Virus record (IMG/VR): IMGVR_UViG_3300027987_000382
Location: 1-64,000 of that record
Direction: 5' to 3' (one strand)
DNA length: 64,000 bases
From: a virus
Positions within the stretch are counted from its first letter, which is position 1. Every line of letters begins with the position of its first letter. The translations under genes and the position numbers were made by a program. The notes below the pieces were generated by a model. The model was not told where the DNA came from, ran no database searches, and was given only the letters and a program-made list of their open reading frames with translations. Of this stretch, positions 18,964-29,141 are shown one piece after another.

Positions 18964-18997
18964 AAAACAAGAGGGCGGCCGGAAATTCCGGCCGCCC
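18964..18997 (-). terminator. Rho-independent terminator downstream of the SSB gene
   Basis: GC stem gggcggccgg/ccggccgccc followed by TCTTGTTTT on the minus strand. Confidence 0.75.
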
Positions 18998-19007
18998 CCG
19001 CGATCTG

Positions 19008-20174
19008 CTAGTCGTCGTCCTCCAGCTGATTCAAGAGAGCGGCAATCTCGCTGGATTCACCACCACTCTCGCTGTCATCGTCCCCATCGTTGTCGCTCTT
19101 TTTCGCGTCCTCGATGTCTGGGACCTCATCATCGATAGGAGACTCATCGGCCAAAGTGCCATTATCGTCGTCATCGGACGGGCCGAGATCTGGAGCCTCA
19201 GCATCCTCGTCGTCGGATGGACCTGGATCGAGATGATCAACCACGTCTTCGTCGTCTTCGTCCTTCTTCTTGTCGGACTTGCCGGAAGACTTGCCACTCG
19301 ATTTGCCGCCCGAAGACTTGTCGGATTTGTCGGACTTACCAGAGTCGGCTTTCGTCTCGTCCGAGTCGAATCCGCCGCCAGCTTCATCATCGTCATCGCC
19401 TTCGACCATGACGCTGTAGACCTTCTTGATCTTGGTCATGTCAGGCTCTTCGAGCTTGTCCCACAGGTTGTGGCGAAGACGTAGAAGGGTCGAGAGACCT
19501 TTCTCGTTCGGCGAACCGTCTTCGTTCTTGACCATTGGGATGCCCTTGCCGCCATTGGCAAGGAAATGGCTCGTCTTGTAACTGTTCTGCTTTCCTTGTT
19601 TGAGAACTTCGAGCTGATACAGGAAAGCGGAACTTTCATCGAAGAAGACGCCGTAGGCTTCCGGCTCTTCCGGATCGCCAGCGTCTTCCCGCATCAGACA
19701 GGCGGTCCAATGATCGAAGCAGGTCTTCGGTGCATTGTACCACTTGACTTTGCCCCGAAGCTCCTCGGGGTTGTTCTTCCAGTGCGGGAAGTAGATGTTG
19801 ACGGCCTGATAGGTCGTCGGCATCCACTGCTTGATGATGCTTCGGCGTTTCTCTTCGTCCTTCTCATCGCGAAGGAGATCGAAGCCGAATTGACAGATGG
19901 GGCAGTCGGTGCCGTCCCAGACTCGTGGGCACGCATGGGGCCGGTCGTTGACCCAATGGTTGCCGTGCTGAATGAAGAATTGGTCCATCTCCTTCTTTAC
20001 CTCGCCGCTCTTGAGCTTGGCTCCGAGCTGGAGGGGAGGAAGGACAAAGAACCGGTACTTGATTGCGACCGTCCCGTCCTTGGCCTTGTCAGGCTTGAAT
20101 TCGTCCGGATCGGTGTACTTTCCGGCTTGGGACTGCTTCAGTTTCTTGCGAATCGCTTCAACGTCATACGACAT
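19008..20174 (-). CDS. single-stranded DNA-binding protein (T4 gp32-like)
   Basis: RFFVLP, H..CP....CPIC Zn site, long acidic C-tail. Confidence 0.8.
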   Translation of the reverse strand: MSYDVEAIRKKLKQSQAGKYTDPDEFKPDKAKDGTVAIKYRFFVLPPLQLGAKLKSGEVKKEMDQFFIQHGNHWVNDRPHACPRVWDGTDCPICQFGFDLLRDEKDEEKRRSIIKQWMPTTYQAVNIYFPHWKNNPEELRGKVKWYNAPKTCFDHWTACLMREDAGDPEEPEAYGVFFDESSAFLYQLEVLKQGKQNSYKTSHFLANGGKGIPMVKNEDGSPNEKGLSTLLRLRHNLWDKLEEPDMTKIKKVYSVMVEGDDDDEAGGGFDSDETKADSGKSDKSDKSSGGKSSGKSSGKSDKKKDEDDEDVVDHLDPGPSDDEDAEAPDLGPSDDDDNGTLADESPIDDEVPDIEDAKKSDNDGDDDSESGGESSEIAALLNQLEDDD

Positions 20175-20262
20175 GGACTTTCTCCTTGGTTACCTTGGCC
20201 TTTACTTTGGCACTGGAACTGATTAAACACGGGGCCGATCCCCGCTTTGGGCAATGGCATTG

Positions 20263-20793
20263 CTAGCTTTGGTCATACTCTTTTCGCTTGGAAGCAAGAA
20301 GCGACCGAGCGAAATCACCTTTCATTTCGAGAGCCTTAACCATATGCCAGACCTTACCGGTCTGCATTTGTGCTTTGGCAAGATTCTCTTCGAGCCTGCT
20401 GAGTTGATCGTCTGCTTCGACAACGACCTTAACTTGGTCCGCTGTGAATTTGATACCCTCAGCTTTAGCTCTCTTCTGGATGTCATTCACTGCCAGACCA
20501 CGGCGGATCTTGACTGCTCTGGATAGGATCTCCACATTCATCCGGAGTTCCGAGTAGAGCGTTGACCAGAAGATATATGAAGCTGGAAGTTCCTCCATTT
20601 GGTCCTCGATAAGCTCCCTATCTAGCACAAGATCGGGTAGCAAATCGATTTCGATGTTCTTGGCCTTACCGGTCGCCTTATCCTTGGCCCTGAGGTTCAC
20701 CTTGAATTTGAACAAATCCGTCCCGAGAAGTTCCTCGGGAAGGTTTTCATCAATCCATTTCGGGAGCTGTTCACCCCGTTTTGGTATGCTCAT
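20263..20793 (-). CDS. UvsY-like recombination mediator
   Basis: Helical protein, VEAD...KALEMKG pattern, adjacent to SSB. Confidence 0.55.
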   Translation of the reverse strand: MSIPKRGEQLPKWIDENLPEELLGTDLFKFKVNLRAKDKATGKAKNIEIDLLPDLVLDRELIEDQMEELPASYIFWSTLYSELRMNVEILSRAVKIRRGLAVNDIQKRAKAEGIKFTADQVKVVVEADDQLSRLEENLAKAQMQTGKVWHMVKALEMKGDFARSLLASKRKEYDQS

Positions 20794-21100
20794 TTTCAGG
20801 CGGTCCCCAGGCCCCCTTCTGGAAGCCTACTTTCCTTGGCTCAGTATTCAATACGGCACTCTTGACGGTGCCTGATGTGGTATTTTTAGCAGACTGCGAC
20901 GCCTGAAAAGCGTTCCTGCTGAATGTCGGAGTCTGCTGCTGATTGAGCTGCGAGACGAGATTTTCGACTTGCAGATCTTTGCGTGATTTGGGCCGTCTTT
21001 TACCCTTCTTCTCCGATCGCTTCTTACGCTTTCTCTTTCGCTCCAGCGACTTCTGCTTCGCCAGTTGCCGGGCCTTTGTCTTGTTTCTCTTGTTTGACAT
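20771..21100 (-). CDS. highly basic hypothetical protein
   Basis: K/R-rich ORF. Confidence 0.55.
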   Translation of the reverse strand: MSNKRNKTKARQLAKQKSLERKRKRKKRSEKKGKRRPKSRKDLQVENLVSQLNQQQTPTFSRNAFQASQSAKNTTSGTVKSAVLNTEPRKVGFQKGAWGPPENEHTKTG

Positions 21101-22343
21101 TGGTGATCCCGTTCTCGCGATAAATCCTCATGGTCTTCCACTTCTTCCAACGTTTACCTACGCTCACCTTCAACGGGAAAGCTGGGTTGGTTTTGAGAAC
21201 GCCTTCGAAGGGATAGAGCATGATCTTAGAGACAGTATTTATCGCCTCTGTAACATGCCGTGTGGTTGGTTGGCACGATATAACCAACGAGTCATGGATT
21301 TCCGCCAGAAGGTATTGCGGCATCTGCTCCCAGATCCGCCGAATCACCAATTGCATCGCATGGGCCACAGACCCCTGCATCACACCATTCAGTACAGCCA
21401 AATCGTTTTTCGCCTGTGCCCGCCTAAACCTTCGACGTAGCAGCGTCTCGAGGTAACCGTTCTCTCTCGACAAAGTCTGCTTACAACGGCCGATCCAGGT
21501 TCCGAGCTGCGGATAGACAGACGACAGGGCAGCACTCGTGAAGTCCATAGAGTTGATCGATTTGAGCAGATATGTCTTGCATTCATCACGTGATAATTGG
21601 CCGTCCGACACGTCCTTATTCAAAATATCCATCATCACAGTATACGGATCAGACTCGTCAAAAGCTTTCTGCAGATTCCCATCCTGCGAGAGAATCGACG
21701 CTACTCTGATATCAGCACAAATCCAGTCGAAATGAATCAGGACAGATTCATCCGGCATTGCAGTAGTTCTGACTTTCTCATTTTCAGCATATCCTTGGAT
21801 GTTGAAGCCGGTTGTCTTGCTACGACCGGAGAATGTCTTTTGTGACCAAATCGGAACCTCCCTGTTATAATTCAACATGATGCCTTTGTCCTCCAAGTCC
21901 TGGTAGACGACTGCGGCATTTGCTAGGACATGCTGATATTCGCGAATTGGTGCACTCGCCATCTTGGTGAGAATTCGCCTGATGAGGGCGTGATCACCCT
22001 GCTTCGATCCAGTTGTTTTCACATCTGGGAGATGCAGGTCGTAGACGTTATAGTGCGTGTTGGCGTCTCTTGGTAGATCGAATGCCTTGAGATGCGACTT
22101 GAAGTCAGAAAGGACAACCGGACGGCCTTTAGACCCAGCTATTAGCAGAAGCCGGTGGATGATGTCCCGTTGTTTGAAGATCTCGCCAAGAGGCTTTTTA
22201 TCGCCTGAGCGATACAGCTCAACCACGACTGCCTTGTCACCGTCAAGAATCCCGGTGCAGATTGGCAGTTTCGTCTTGTGGTCAAATAATGTGTAAACAT
22301 GGAGGTTGCTCATGATGGCCTCGATATCCATCAACACAGGCAA
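21024..22343 (-). CDS. family A DNA polymerase-like protein (polymerase domain only, divergent)
   Basis: SGR, motif A FDWICADIR, motif B RDECK, QGSVA, motif C IHDSL. Confidence 0.82.
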   Translation of the reverse strand: MPVLMDIEAIMSNLHVYTLFDHKTKLPICTGILDGDKAVVVELYRSGDKKPLGEIFKQRDIIHRLLLIAGSKGRPVVLSDFKSHLKAFDLPRDANTHYNVYDLHLPDVKTTGSKQGDHALIRRILTKMASAPIREYQHVLANAAVVYQDLEDKGIMLNYNREVPIWSQKTFSGRSKTTGFNIQGYAENEKVRTTAMPDESVLIHFDWICADIRVASILSQDGNLQKAFDESDPYTVMMDILNKDVSDGQLSRDECKTYLLKSINSMDFTSAALSSVYPQLGTWIGRCKQTLSRENGYLETLLRRRFRRAQAKNDLAVLNGVMQGSVAHAMQLVIRRIWEQMPQYLLAEIHDSLVISCQPTTRHVTEAINTVSKIMLYPFEGVLKTNPAFPLKVSVGKRWKKWKTMRIYRENGITNVKQEKQDKGPATGEAEVAGAKEKA

Positions 22344-22354
22344 ACGAGGCCGTG

Positions 22355-22942
22355 TCAGAAGTCAATTGGTTTCCTCACAACCCAAGAGTTCGTGCCTCTT
22401 CCTGGGACCTCTGTCGTATAATGAGCTTGCAAATTGACCTCTGCGAGGAACTCCGCAAGTGCTTCCCTCGGAGCCATGGTGCTGTCGATTGATCCGTCTT
22501 CAAGGACGACTTTGTCGAATAAATGGCCGCAAAACAGCCCGCCTCTCCCAACTTTGGGCCACCACGTTTCTATTCCTTCAGACACGTCCGTCTTGTCGAA
22601 ACCGACATCGTAGTAGACAAAATCGAGCGAGTCGTCTGGCAACAATGAAGCGGCAACGCGATGGTCCAGCCTCATGATGACGCTTCGACCGTGATACGGA
22701 AACAGCTTCATTGCTGCTGTAATGTAGTCGGTAGCGTTAAGGACATCCTGCTGGCTTGGATGGTCCCAATAATCTATCGAGTAGAAAATCGACAGATTCG
22801 ATTTGGCCAACATGTAGCGTGAGAAGTCGCCTTCCTTGACTCCAACCTCTGCACCGTGCCCAGTCAACCCGAGAGCATTCAAGAGCTTGGGAAGATCACG
22901 CCGATGGTTAACTGCAAGCAACAGTTGCTCATATTCCATCAA
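22355..22942 (-). CDS. class I SAM methyltransferase (Methyltransf_24-like)
   Basis: GAEVGVKEG, DFVYYD, WWPKV..GG..CGH. Confidence 0.78.
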   Translation of the reverse strand: MMEYEQLLLAVNHRRDLPKLLNALGLTGHGAEVGVKEGDFSRYMLAKSNLSIFYSIDYWDHPSQQDVLNATDYITAAMKLFPYHGRSVIMRLDHRVAASLLPDDSLDFVYYDVGFDKTDVSEGIETWWPKVGRGGLFCGHLFDKVVLEDGSIDSTMAPREALAEFLAEVNLQAHYTTEVPGRGTNSWVVRKPIDF

Positions 22943-23427
22943 TCATCCGCCGGTGTCGGTGTCGAGACAGCCTTATCCACTGCCTTCTCCAGCTCTTTAT
23001 TCGGCGTCAGATAGTGCTTGCGATTTGGGTTGTGCTGGCCTTCACGCTTCAGCTGTTGATCGATGTGGTCTACTTCGCCCGGAACCCGATACTCGGCATA
23101 CGGATCGTCCATCGCCAGCTTGTATCGGTTCATGTCCCTTTTGGCACCAGCCCGATCGAGCCAACCGTAGCCTTTCACGTAGCCGTGGACATGAGCACCA
23201 TGGAAGCTCTTCTCGCAGTTGTGTCCCTTACAACGCGGGCATTCAGTTGCCTCCCGCAATTCCTTCGGCGTTGGATTCATGGGATGCGAGGTCTCGAAGA
23301 GGACAAGCTCTTCATAGAGTTCTTCAGGCAGATGGAGTTCGCCGTCGTTGCCCTCTATGAGCTTATCGGCGTGCTCCTCGAATGCCTTTTTCTCGCAATC
23401 ATAGCAATGGTAGTTGTAGTTGGCCAT
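22939..23427 (-). CDS. FmdB-like zinc-ribbon protein
   Basis: YNYHCYDC...ECPRC. Confidence 0.65.
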   Translation of the reverse strand: MANYNYHCYDCEKKAFEEHADKLIEGNDGELHLPEELYEELVLFETSHPMNPTPKELREATECPRCKGHNCEKSFHGAHVHGYVKGYGWLDRAGAKRDMNRYKLAMDDPYAEYRVPGEVDHIDQQLKREGQHNPNRKHYLTPNKELEKAVDKAVSTPTPADD

Positions 23428-23867
23428 CAGTCACCTTCGAACTTCTCCCAAGCGATCTTCTTGTGCAACCTGCACAAGAGATTCCGCTCGGACACAATGA
23501 CTACTTTGCGTCCGGCGTAAGGGGGACTGTCAGAAGCGATCGTGGCGATGATGTTGCGTGCTCCAAACATCACGACATCACCAACCGCAACGGATGGCTT
23601 TAAGCGAGAGCCACTCCCGTCTGCGACTCCAGGCCCGACGCCGACGACGAGTCCTTCGTTCTTATATTTGGAGTCGGCATCCGGCATCTCGATGGTCGAC
23701 TCAATTTCGAACTGAAGGATCGCAACGAAGTCGTTGAGACATTGGACTTCGCGAACCTGGACCGGGCCGTCTTGTGCCGGAGTAGCAACCGCCAAAGAGG
23801 AGGGTGCGTCAGATTTCTGGCCCTGTTCCTCTTCCCGCTGCAACTTTTCGCTTTTCGGTACTGCCAT
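23427..23867 (-). CDS. groES: GroES-like co-chaperonin
   Basis: LNDFV...GLVVGVGPG...VAVGDVVMF. Confidence 0.8.
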   Translation of the reverse strand: MAVPKSEKLQREEEQGQKSDAPSSLAVATPAQDGPVQVREVQCLNDFVAILQFEIESTIEMPDADSKYKNEGLVVGVGPGVADGSGSRLKPSVAVGDVVMFGARNIIATIASDSPPYAGRKVVIVSERNLLCRLHKKIAWEKFEGD

Positions 23868-23890
23868 AATGGGTCTCCTTGAGTGACAGA

Positions 23891-24121
23891 CTATTTACTC
23901 GCGGAGTCCTCCTCACTCACTGGTTCTTCCTTGAATTCAGAGAGTGGTCTGGCAGGGTCTTCAACGAACAGTACCTTCGTTTTCCGCTTTGGGATGACAG
24001 GCGAACCGCCAACTTTGACAGACTGCCCAGAACCGTCCTGGCAAAGAGTGAAACCGCCACGTTTGATGGTTTCGGCGATCGTCGGAGAGACATCCACGTC
24101 GACGACGACACGTAGTTTCAT
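23891..24121 (-). CDS. hypothetical protein
   Basis: Coupled short ORF. Confidence 0.5.
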   Translation of the reverse strand: MKLRVVVDVDVSPTIAETIKRGGFTLCQDGSGQSVKVGGSPVIPKRKTKVLFVEDPARPLSEFKEEPVSEEDSASK

Positions 24122-25458
24122 AATTCTTCCCTAACGAGCATGGTGTTGTAGTTGATGGTGCAATTGACAGTTTGATGCTTCGGTCCGTTGCGATTCTTCG
24201 CAACGAACATGCTCAGTCTCGGTGGTTTCGATTGTCGTTGTGATTCACTTTGGTTGAGACTAACGACGTAGTCCAACGAGAACTGCTTCGCGAAACTCTC
24301 AGCTGCCTTTGTCAGGTCTGCGACACCTTCACCTGACGCTCCACTACGGTTAGTTTGCGTGGCAGTGAAAACGAGAACATCTTCATTCTTCGCAAGCCCA
24401 CGAATCTCGTTCGCCACATGTTTCTGACGCGTGTAATCATCCTTGTTGTACGAGTTGTTCCTGCTCACCATCAAGTCCATGTAGTCCAAGATGACGACAT
24501 CAGGCCGGAAGTTTTCTGTTCTCCTAAGGTTGTCCAGAAGAGCATAAACGTGAGTCACGCTACATTCGTCTGGAGGCCACTCGAAGATAGCAAACCGCTT
24601 CCCGTACGTCTGCTTCATTTGGTTGATAACACGTTCGATATAGCTACGCTTTCCTGGTATATCATCCAGCGAGATATCCGTCGCAGCACCAAGACACCGC
24701 ATAGCCGTTTTGATTGTGTCCAACTCGAACGTAATCAGCAGCACATCTTGCCCAGGTTTCCCGCTCCGGCCGATGCCTTTCAGCGACGAGATCGCATTGT
24801 TACAGAGCAAGATCGACTTACCAACGTTCGTCGCAGCCAACCAGCACACAACCTCCTTCGGAGATGGGCCGCCATTGTTCAGTAATCGATCGAGCTTTGG
24901 AAAACCCGTCGTTCTATGGTCGATGATATCAGGCTCAAACAGCACTTCGAAATTTTCCAAGAACCAGAATCCCTGTTGCCCGATGTCGGCGATCCTGTTA
25001 GCTTCATGGACGATCGTCTCAAGCTCTTCATAATCGCCCCTAGCGTACGCCTCCTGTGCTTCTTCACTATACAGCAAGCCGTACGCTCTATCTTGTGCCC
25101 ACCGCAGCAGAGTGTCCTTGATTAAAGGAACTTCACGCGGATTAGACGGCCGATCGACGATCTCCAATACGCGTTGCCACGGATCGTCTTCCGTCAGAGT
25201 CCCGATGATTTTGTCACGCAACATCGGACGCGGCGGGACAACATTGTGCTTTTCAAATGCGTTGAGGATTTCGGCGATCACCCAGCGGCATTCTAGGGTG
25301 CCGAACATATCTGGCTTCATGAAGCGACCAACCGCAGTGAAAAATTCTGGGTGGTCTAACGCCAGAGATATAATGGCCTCTTCTTGATAAGGGCCGAATG
25401 GCTTGGCTTCTTCTTGGTCGTCAGCCAATCCTTGAAGCCGTGCTAGGGTGTTTGACAT
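24118..25458 (-). CDS. replicative helicase (DnaB/T4 gp41-like)
   Basis: Walker A ATNVGKS, ILDYMDLM, ATQTNR, KNRNGP. Confidence 0.92.
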   Translation of the reverse strand: MSNTLARLQGLADDQEEAKPFGPYQEEAIISLALDHPEFFTAVGRFMKPDMFGTLECRWVIAEILNAFEKHNVVPPRPMLRDKIIGTLTEDDPWQRVLEIVDRPSNPREVPLIKDTLLRWAQDRAYGLLYSEEAQEAYARGDYEELETIVHEANRIADIGQQGFWFLENFEVLFEPDIIDHRTTGFPKLDRLLNNGGPSPKEVVCWLAATNVGKSILLCNNAISSLKGIGRSGKPGQDVLLITFELDTIKTAMRCLGAATDISLDDIPGKRSYIERVINQMKQTYGKRFAIFEWPPDECSVTHVYALLDNLRRTENFRPDVVILDYMDLMVSRNNSYNKDDYTRQKHVANEIRGLAKNEDVLVFTATQTNRSGASGEGVADLTKAAESFAKQFSLDYVVSLNQSESQRQSKPPRLSMFVAKNRNGPKHQTVNCTINYNTMLVREEL

Positions 25459-25796
25459 TAGGGTCCTGCCGTAGGCTCAACGCATAGACTCGCTCGCTGT
25501 GCTTGCAAACGCTGCAATTGACGCTGGGTGTTAGCCTCAGCCAACGCCAGAGCATCACACACGGGCACGAACTCAGCTTCCGTGAAATACAAGATCATAC
25601 CCGCTACCGCAGTAATACGATCCCCGTGATGCGACACAGCGGTCGGTCCAGGAGCCCTGGCCGAAACGGAGTAGAGCCACGTGCCATTGGCACGCATCAC
25701 TCCACTGATACGCATTGCTTCCAAGAACCCCAAAGCTGCGGATTCTCTCAGGTAGACGATGTCTCCAACGTCATAAAGCGGTGCTTCAATCGTCAT
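25458..25796 (-). CDS. hypothetical protein
   Basis: Coupled ORF. Confidence 0.6.
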   Translation of the reverse strand: MTIEAPLYDVGDIVYLRESAALGFLEAMRISGVMRANGTWLYSVSARAPGPTAVSHHGDRITAVAGMILYFTEAEFVPVCDALALAEANTQRQLQRLQAQRASLCVEPTAGP

Positions 25797-26925
25797 CGTC
25801 CATTACCTCAGCAACTGCGTTCTCGATGTCGTCAGTGCTCACAGAGGATTTTCCAGTAGCTCGGGCTTTCGCCTTTCGCTCCTCGACCTCTGCAAACAAC
25901 CCATCGTAGATTTGGTTCCTGAGGCGGAGAGTTAATTCTGAATCGTTTCTCAGCGTATCGTAGGTATTGCCCATGCCGTTGCCGAGAACCTTGTCGCCGT
26001 AGCTGACATGATTGCCCTTCTTTGTCAGAATCTTGGCATCAATGCCGACATCAACTAGGGACGCGATAAGATCGATCCCTGACACAGGATGTCCACTGTG
26101 GATGTTGAACGTCACTTCACGGTAGGGCTGCCCAACCTTTGTCTTGACAATCTTCAACTTCGGATTGAATCCGATGACTGTTTCACCTTCCTTGAGCTTG
26201 GTGCCCTTGCTGATCTCCATCCTGACAGACGCGTAGAATTTGAGAGCCCTGCCGCCCGGAGTCGTCTCCGGGTTTCCGAACATGACGCCGATCTTCTCGC
26301 GAACCTGATTGATGAAGACAATGGTGCAACTGCTTTTGGCACAGGCGGACTCGAGCTTTCGCATTGCCTGGCTCATGAGTCTGGCTTGAGCACCGATCTG
26401 GTTGTCGCCGATCTCACCGTCAAGTTCTGACTTTGGAGTCAACGCCGCGACCGAATCGATGACAATAAGATCGACGAGCTTGCTTTTCGCAATCCTTTCG
26501 GCAAGCTGTAGAGCCTCATCGCCGCTATTCGGCTGCGAGAATAATAGATCATCCCAATTGACGCCACATGCCTGTGCCCAGATTGGATCGATAGCGTGCT
26601 CGGCATCTATGAAGGCAGCGACCCCGTGCCGATCCTTCTTCGGAAAGTAGAATTGTTGGCAAGCGGCAATGAGGTGATGGCAGAGAGTCGTCTTGCCGCA
26701 ACTCTCGATACCATAAACCTCGAGAATTCTGCCTTGTGGAATCCCACCACATCCAAGTTCTCTGTCCAGAGTGGCGATTCCTGATGGGAAGATGTCCACG
26801 TCGACGGTGGCGTCGCAACCCATGATAAGAGAACCCTGCCCATACTCCTTGTCGCAGATGTCTCTTAATTCTTCAAGCGTTTTTGGCTGGCCCTCTTTTG
26901 TTGTCTTCTGGGTTGCTTTGGCCAC
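25786..26925 (-). CDS. recA: RecA recombinase
   Basis: GIESCGKTT, IDAEHA, DSVAAL, QARLMSQAMRK, PETTPGGRALKFY. Confidence 0.96.
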   Translation of the reverse strand: MAKATQKTTKEGQPKTLEELRDICDKEYGQGSLIMGCDATVDVDIFPSGIATLDRELGCGGIPQGRILEVYGIESCGKTTLCHHLIAACQQFYFPKKDRHGVAAFIDAEHAIDPIWAQACGVNWDDLLFSQPNSGDEALQLAERIAKSKLVDLIVIDSVAALTPKSELDGEIGDNQIGAQARLMSQAMRKLESACAKSSCTIVFINQVREKIGVMFGNPETTPGGRALKFYASVRMEISKGTKLKEGETVIGFNPKLKIVKTKVGQPYREVTFNIHSGHPVSGIDLIASLVDVGIDAKILTKKGNHVSYGDKVLGNGMGNTYDTLRNDSELTLRLRNQIYDGLFAEVEERKAKARATGKSSVSTDDIENAVAEVMDDDD

Positions 26926-27211
26926 GTGACAATCTCCCGAGTTGTCTTGTTATTTTGTCCAAATTGTAATCAGCCACTTTCAACACGTCAGTTGCGGGGA
27001 TGCGGATCGTGACATTGTTTTTGACGACCAACAGTTGGTCTTGATCGACAACAGCGGCCACGGACCATATCCCGCCCGGTTTCACTTCTGCAGGACCCGG
27101 TGCTGATAGATAATGGACATTTTTTGTCGTGAGTAGTTTAACTTGGTCAAACCGACCAATTCTCACTGGCTGTTGTTCCACCTGCACTTGATCTCCGTTC
27201 AAAATTACCAA
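26873..27211 (-). CDS. hypothetical protein
   Basis: GAGGAG RBS, ORF. Confidence 0.6.
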   Translation of the reverse strand: MVILNGDQVQVEQQPVRIGRFDQVKLLTTKNVHYLSAPGPAEVKPGGIWSVAAVVDQDQLLVVKNNVTIRIPATDVLKVADYNLDKITRQLGRLSRGQSNPEDNKRGPAKNA

Positions 27212-27232
27212 TAGACTCCTCGGAGGACCATC

Positions 27233-27772
27233 ATGGCAATGAAAAAGTCTGAAAAACTCGTACTCGAAGCCATCAACTCGATGCTGCAGGACGACGCCAA
27301 GCTAGGTTTGTCCATTCACGACAAGCAGCTCGAGACTACAGGAACGGCCGAACGAGGGTACGAATATCTACATGGCCAAATTGACGACATGTTCCAAGTG
27401 AAGGCAGCGGAATTAATCCATGCCGAGAGCGTGTGTCAAGCCTTCCGATCAGTCCACAACTACAAGTACATCGACGACCCATCCTTCGTCACGGCCATGG
27501 AAAAACAGATGGTCGCCCAAGCCGTACCGAAGGAAGAGCGGACCAAAGCGGTAGAGTTCGTCCCAGCTATCATCAAAGAGCTGAAGACAGAACAAGCCGA
27601 ATGGGCCGAAAAGGACTTCGGATTTAATCCGGCTCTTGACGAGATTCGCGAGGCCAGCAAGCCGGAGCAGCCTCTGGACTTCACCATCGAAGAAGTTGAC
27701 GGCTGGCCCACCGATGCTAACGTCGACTGGGAGCCGGGCAATGCCAGCCCAGACAGGACTCCCAGTGACTAA
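27233..27772 (+). CDS. hypothetical protein
   Basis: GGAGG RBS; CAAAATTA motif upstream. Confidence 0.75.
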   Translation: MAMKKSEKLVLEAINSMLQDDAKLGLSIHDKQLETTGTAERGYEYLHGQIDDMFQVKAAELIHAESVCQAFRSVHNYKYIDDPSFVTAMEKQMVAQAVPKEERTKAVEFVPAIIKELKTEQAEWAEKDFGFNPALDEIREASKPEQPLDFTIEEVDGWPTDANVDWEPGNASPDRTPSD

Positions 27773-28806
27773 TGAAGCTCTGTCTCATCTACGAGCAAGG
27801 TGACTACGAAGGGCTCGAAGACGCTGACGAATTCGAGCCAAATGAACTAGTCCTGTCTTGCTTCCACGAACTCTGCGACGAGCCAGCTGCTCACGCGTGC
27901 CCAATTTGTCACGAAGAGCTTTGTGACAATTGCTACAGGCACCACATGGAAGGACCGTGCGGAGACAGGATACAAGACTTCGTCGACGAATTTCCTACCG
28001 GCCCAATCGAAGAGTCAGAATACTCAGGACTTGAAGACGCCGACGAATTCGAGACTGGCTATCTTGGCAATTGCACTCAATGCGGTCGCGAGATCACGCA
28101 AGAAGATGACGGCGTTTGGAAATGCGGTAATCAAGTCTGTGCTGGCGAATGTGGCGAAGTCGCACACTTCAGTTGTGCGATGCCGTCCCGAGCTGATCTT
28201 GAGATCTACGAAACCCAACCAGAAGGCGTAATGTCAAGCGGTTGGTACTTCCGCCGCCAAAACGCACGTGGCCCATTTCGTTCAAATTGGAACATTCTAC
28301 AGGGCCAGAGAGTCCTGGCAGCGGCTCGTGCTTACGACGAATATCTGTGCCCAAATTGTGCCGAGCAGGCCGGGTATATTGCGGAGAGCTATGAAGGACT
28401 CGAGGACGCCGACGAATTCGACAACTACGAAATCGAATGGCGATCGATTTACCGTGGATCGATCCCAAACACCAGTGTCCGATGGATACTCATTGTTGAC
28501 GCCAACAATCAAGAACGATTCAACATTTACATCAGCCCAGTCAGAGGAAGAGCCGGAGAGCCGGTCGACGATTGGCGGGAAATCGACGATTTCGATCTTT
28601 CATTCATTCAAGAACTCGCCACATGGCTCGGAGTCAAGTGGTCGCACAGAACATCGTACGAGAAATTGACTGACGGCGTGCTGGATGCACTCTACATGCG
28701 GTCTCTCGAACATAAAGATAGGTGGAATTGGCCCGGCGAATGGGGCCGACTGTGGGAACCGCCTAAGGGATACCCACCTAACAGACCGCCGAATTGGTAC
28801 TATTGA
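27772..28806 (+). CDS. modular protein with three YEGLEDADEF tags separating Cys-rich (B-box/PHD-like) and other modules
   Basis: MKLCLIYE leader; tags at 27805, 28021, 28390. Confidence 0.82.
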   Translation: MKLCLIYEQGDYEGLEDADEFEPNELVLSCFHELCDEPAAHACPICHEELCDNCYRHHMEGPCGDRIQDFVDEFPTGPIEESEYSGLEDADEFETGYLGNCTQCGREITQEDDGVWKCGNQVCAGECGEVAHFSCAMPSRADLEIYETQPEGVMSSGWYFRRQNARGPFRSNWNILQGQRVLAAARAYDEYLCPNCAEQAGYIAESYEGLEDADEFDNYEIEWRSIYRGSIPNTSVRWILIVDANNQERFNIYISPVRGRAGEPVDDWREIDDFDLSFIQELATWLGVKWSHRTSYEKLTDGVLDALYMRSLEHKDRWNWPGEWGRLWEPPKGYPPNRPPNWYY

Positions 28807-29141
28807 TGGACCCGGAACAGATCGCCAATCTGATCACCGAAGATCCAGATGAATATGTCGGTCTGGAAGACGCAGACGAATTCAAGGAAGAAGATGCCTG
28901 GGTTCAAGAACTACAAGCAATCGTCAACCAGGACGATCCTTTGATCGTTTTCGTCTCACATGAGAAAGGTGACAAGATCATATTCGGCGACGAATCTAGT
29001 TTAAGGAAATTGTACGGATTCGTCGACGAGATAGCCACTTTTGACAGATTGTCGAATTGGCTCGCAAACGCGGATACTCATGCCTACGGAGGAAATGGCC
29101 CCGAGATCCTGCACATCGAATTGTTGGAAGCAATCTTGTGA
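28806..29141 (+). CDS. YEGLEDADEF-tag protein
   Basis: LITE-DPDEYVGLEDADEF; coupled start (TGATG). Confidence 0.75.
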   Translation: MDPEQIANLITEDPDEYVGLEDADEFKEEDAWVQELQAIVNQDDPLIVFVSHEKGDKIIFGDESSLRKLYGFVDEIATFDRLSNWLANADTHAYGGNGPEILHIELLEAIL

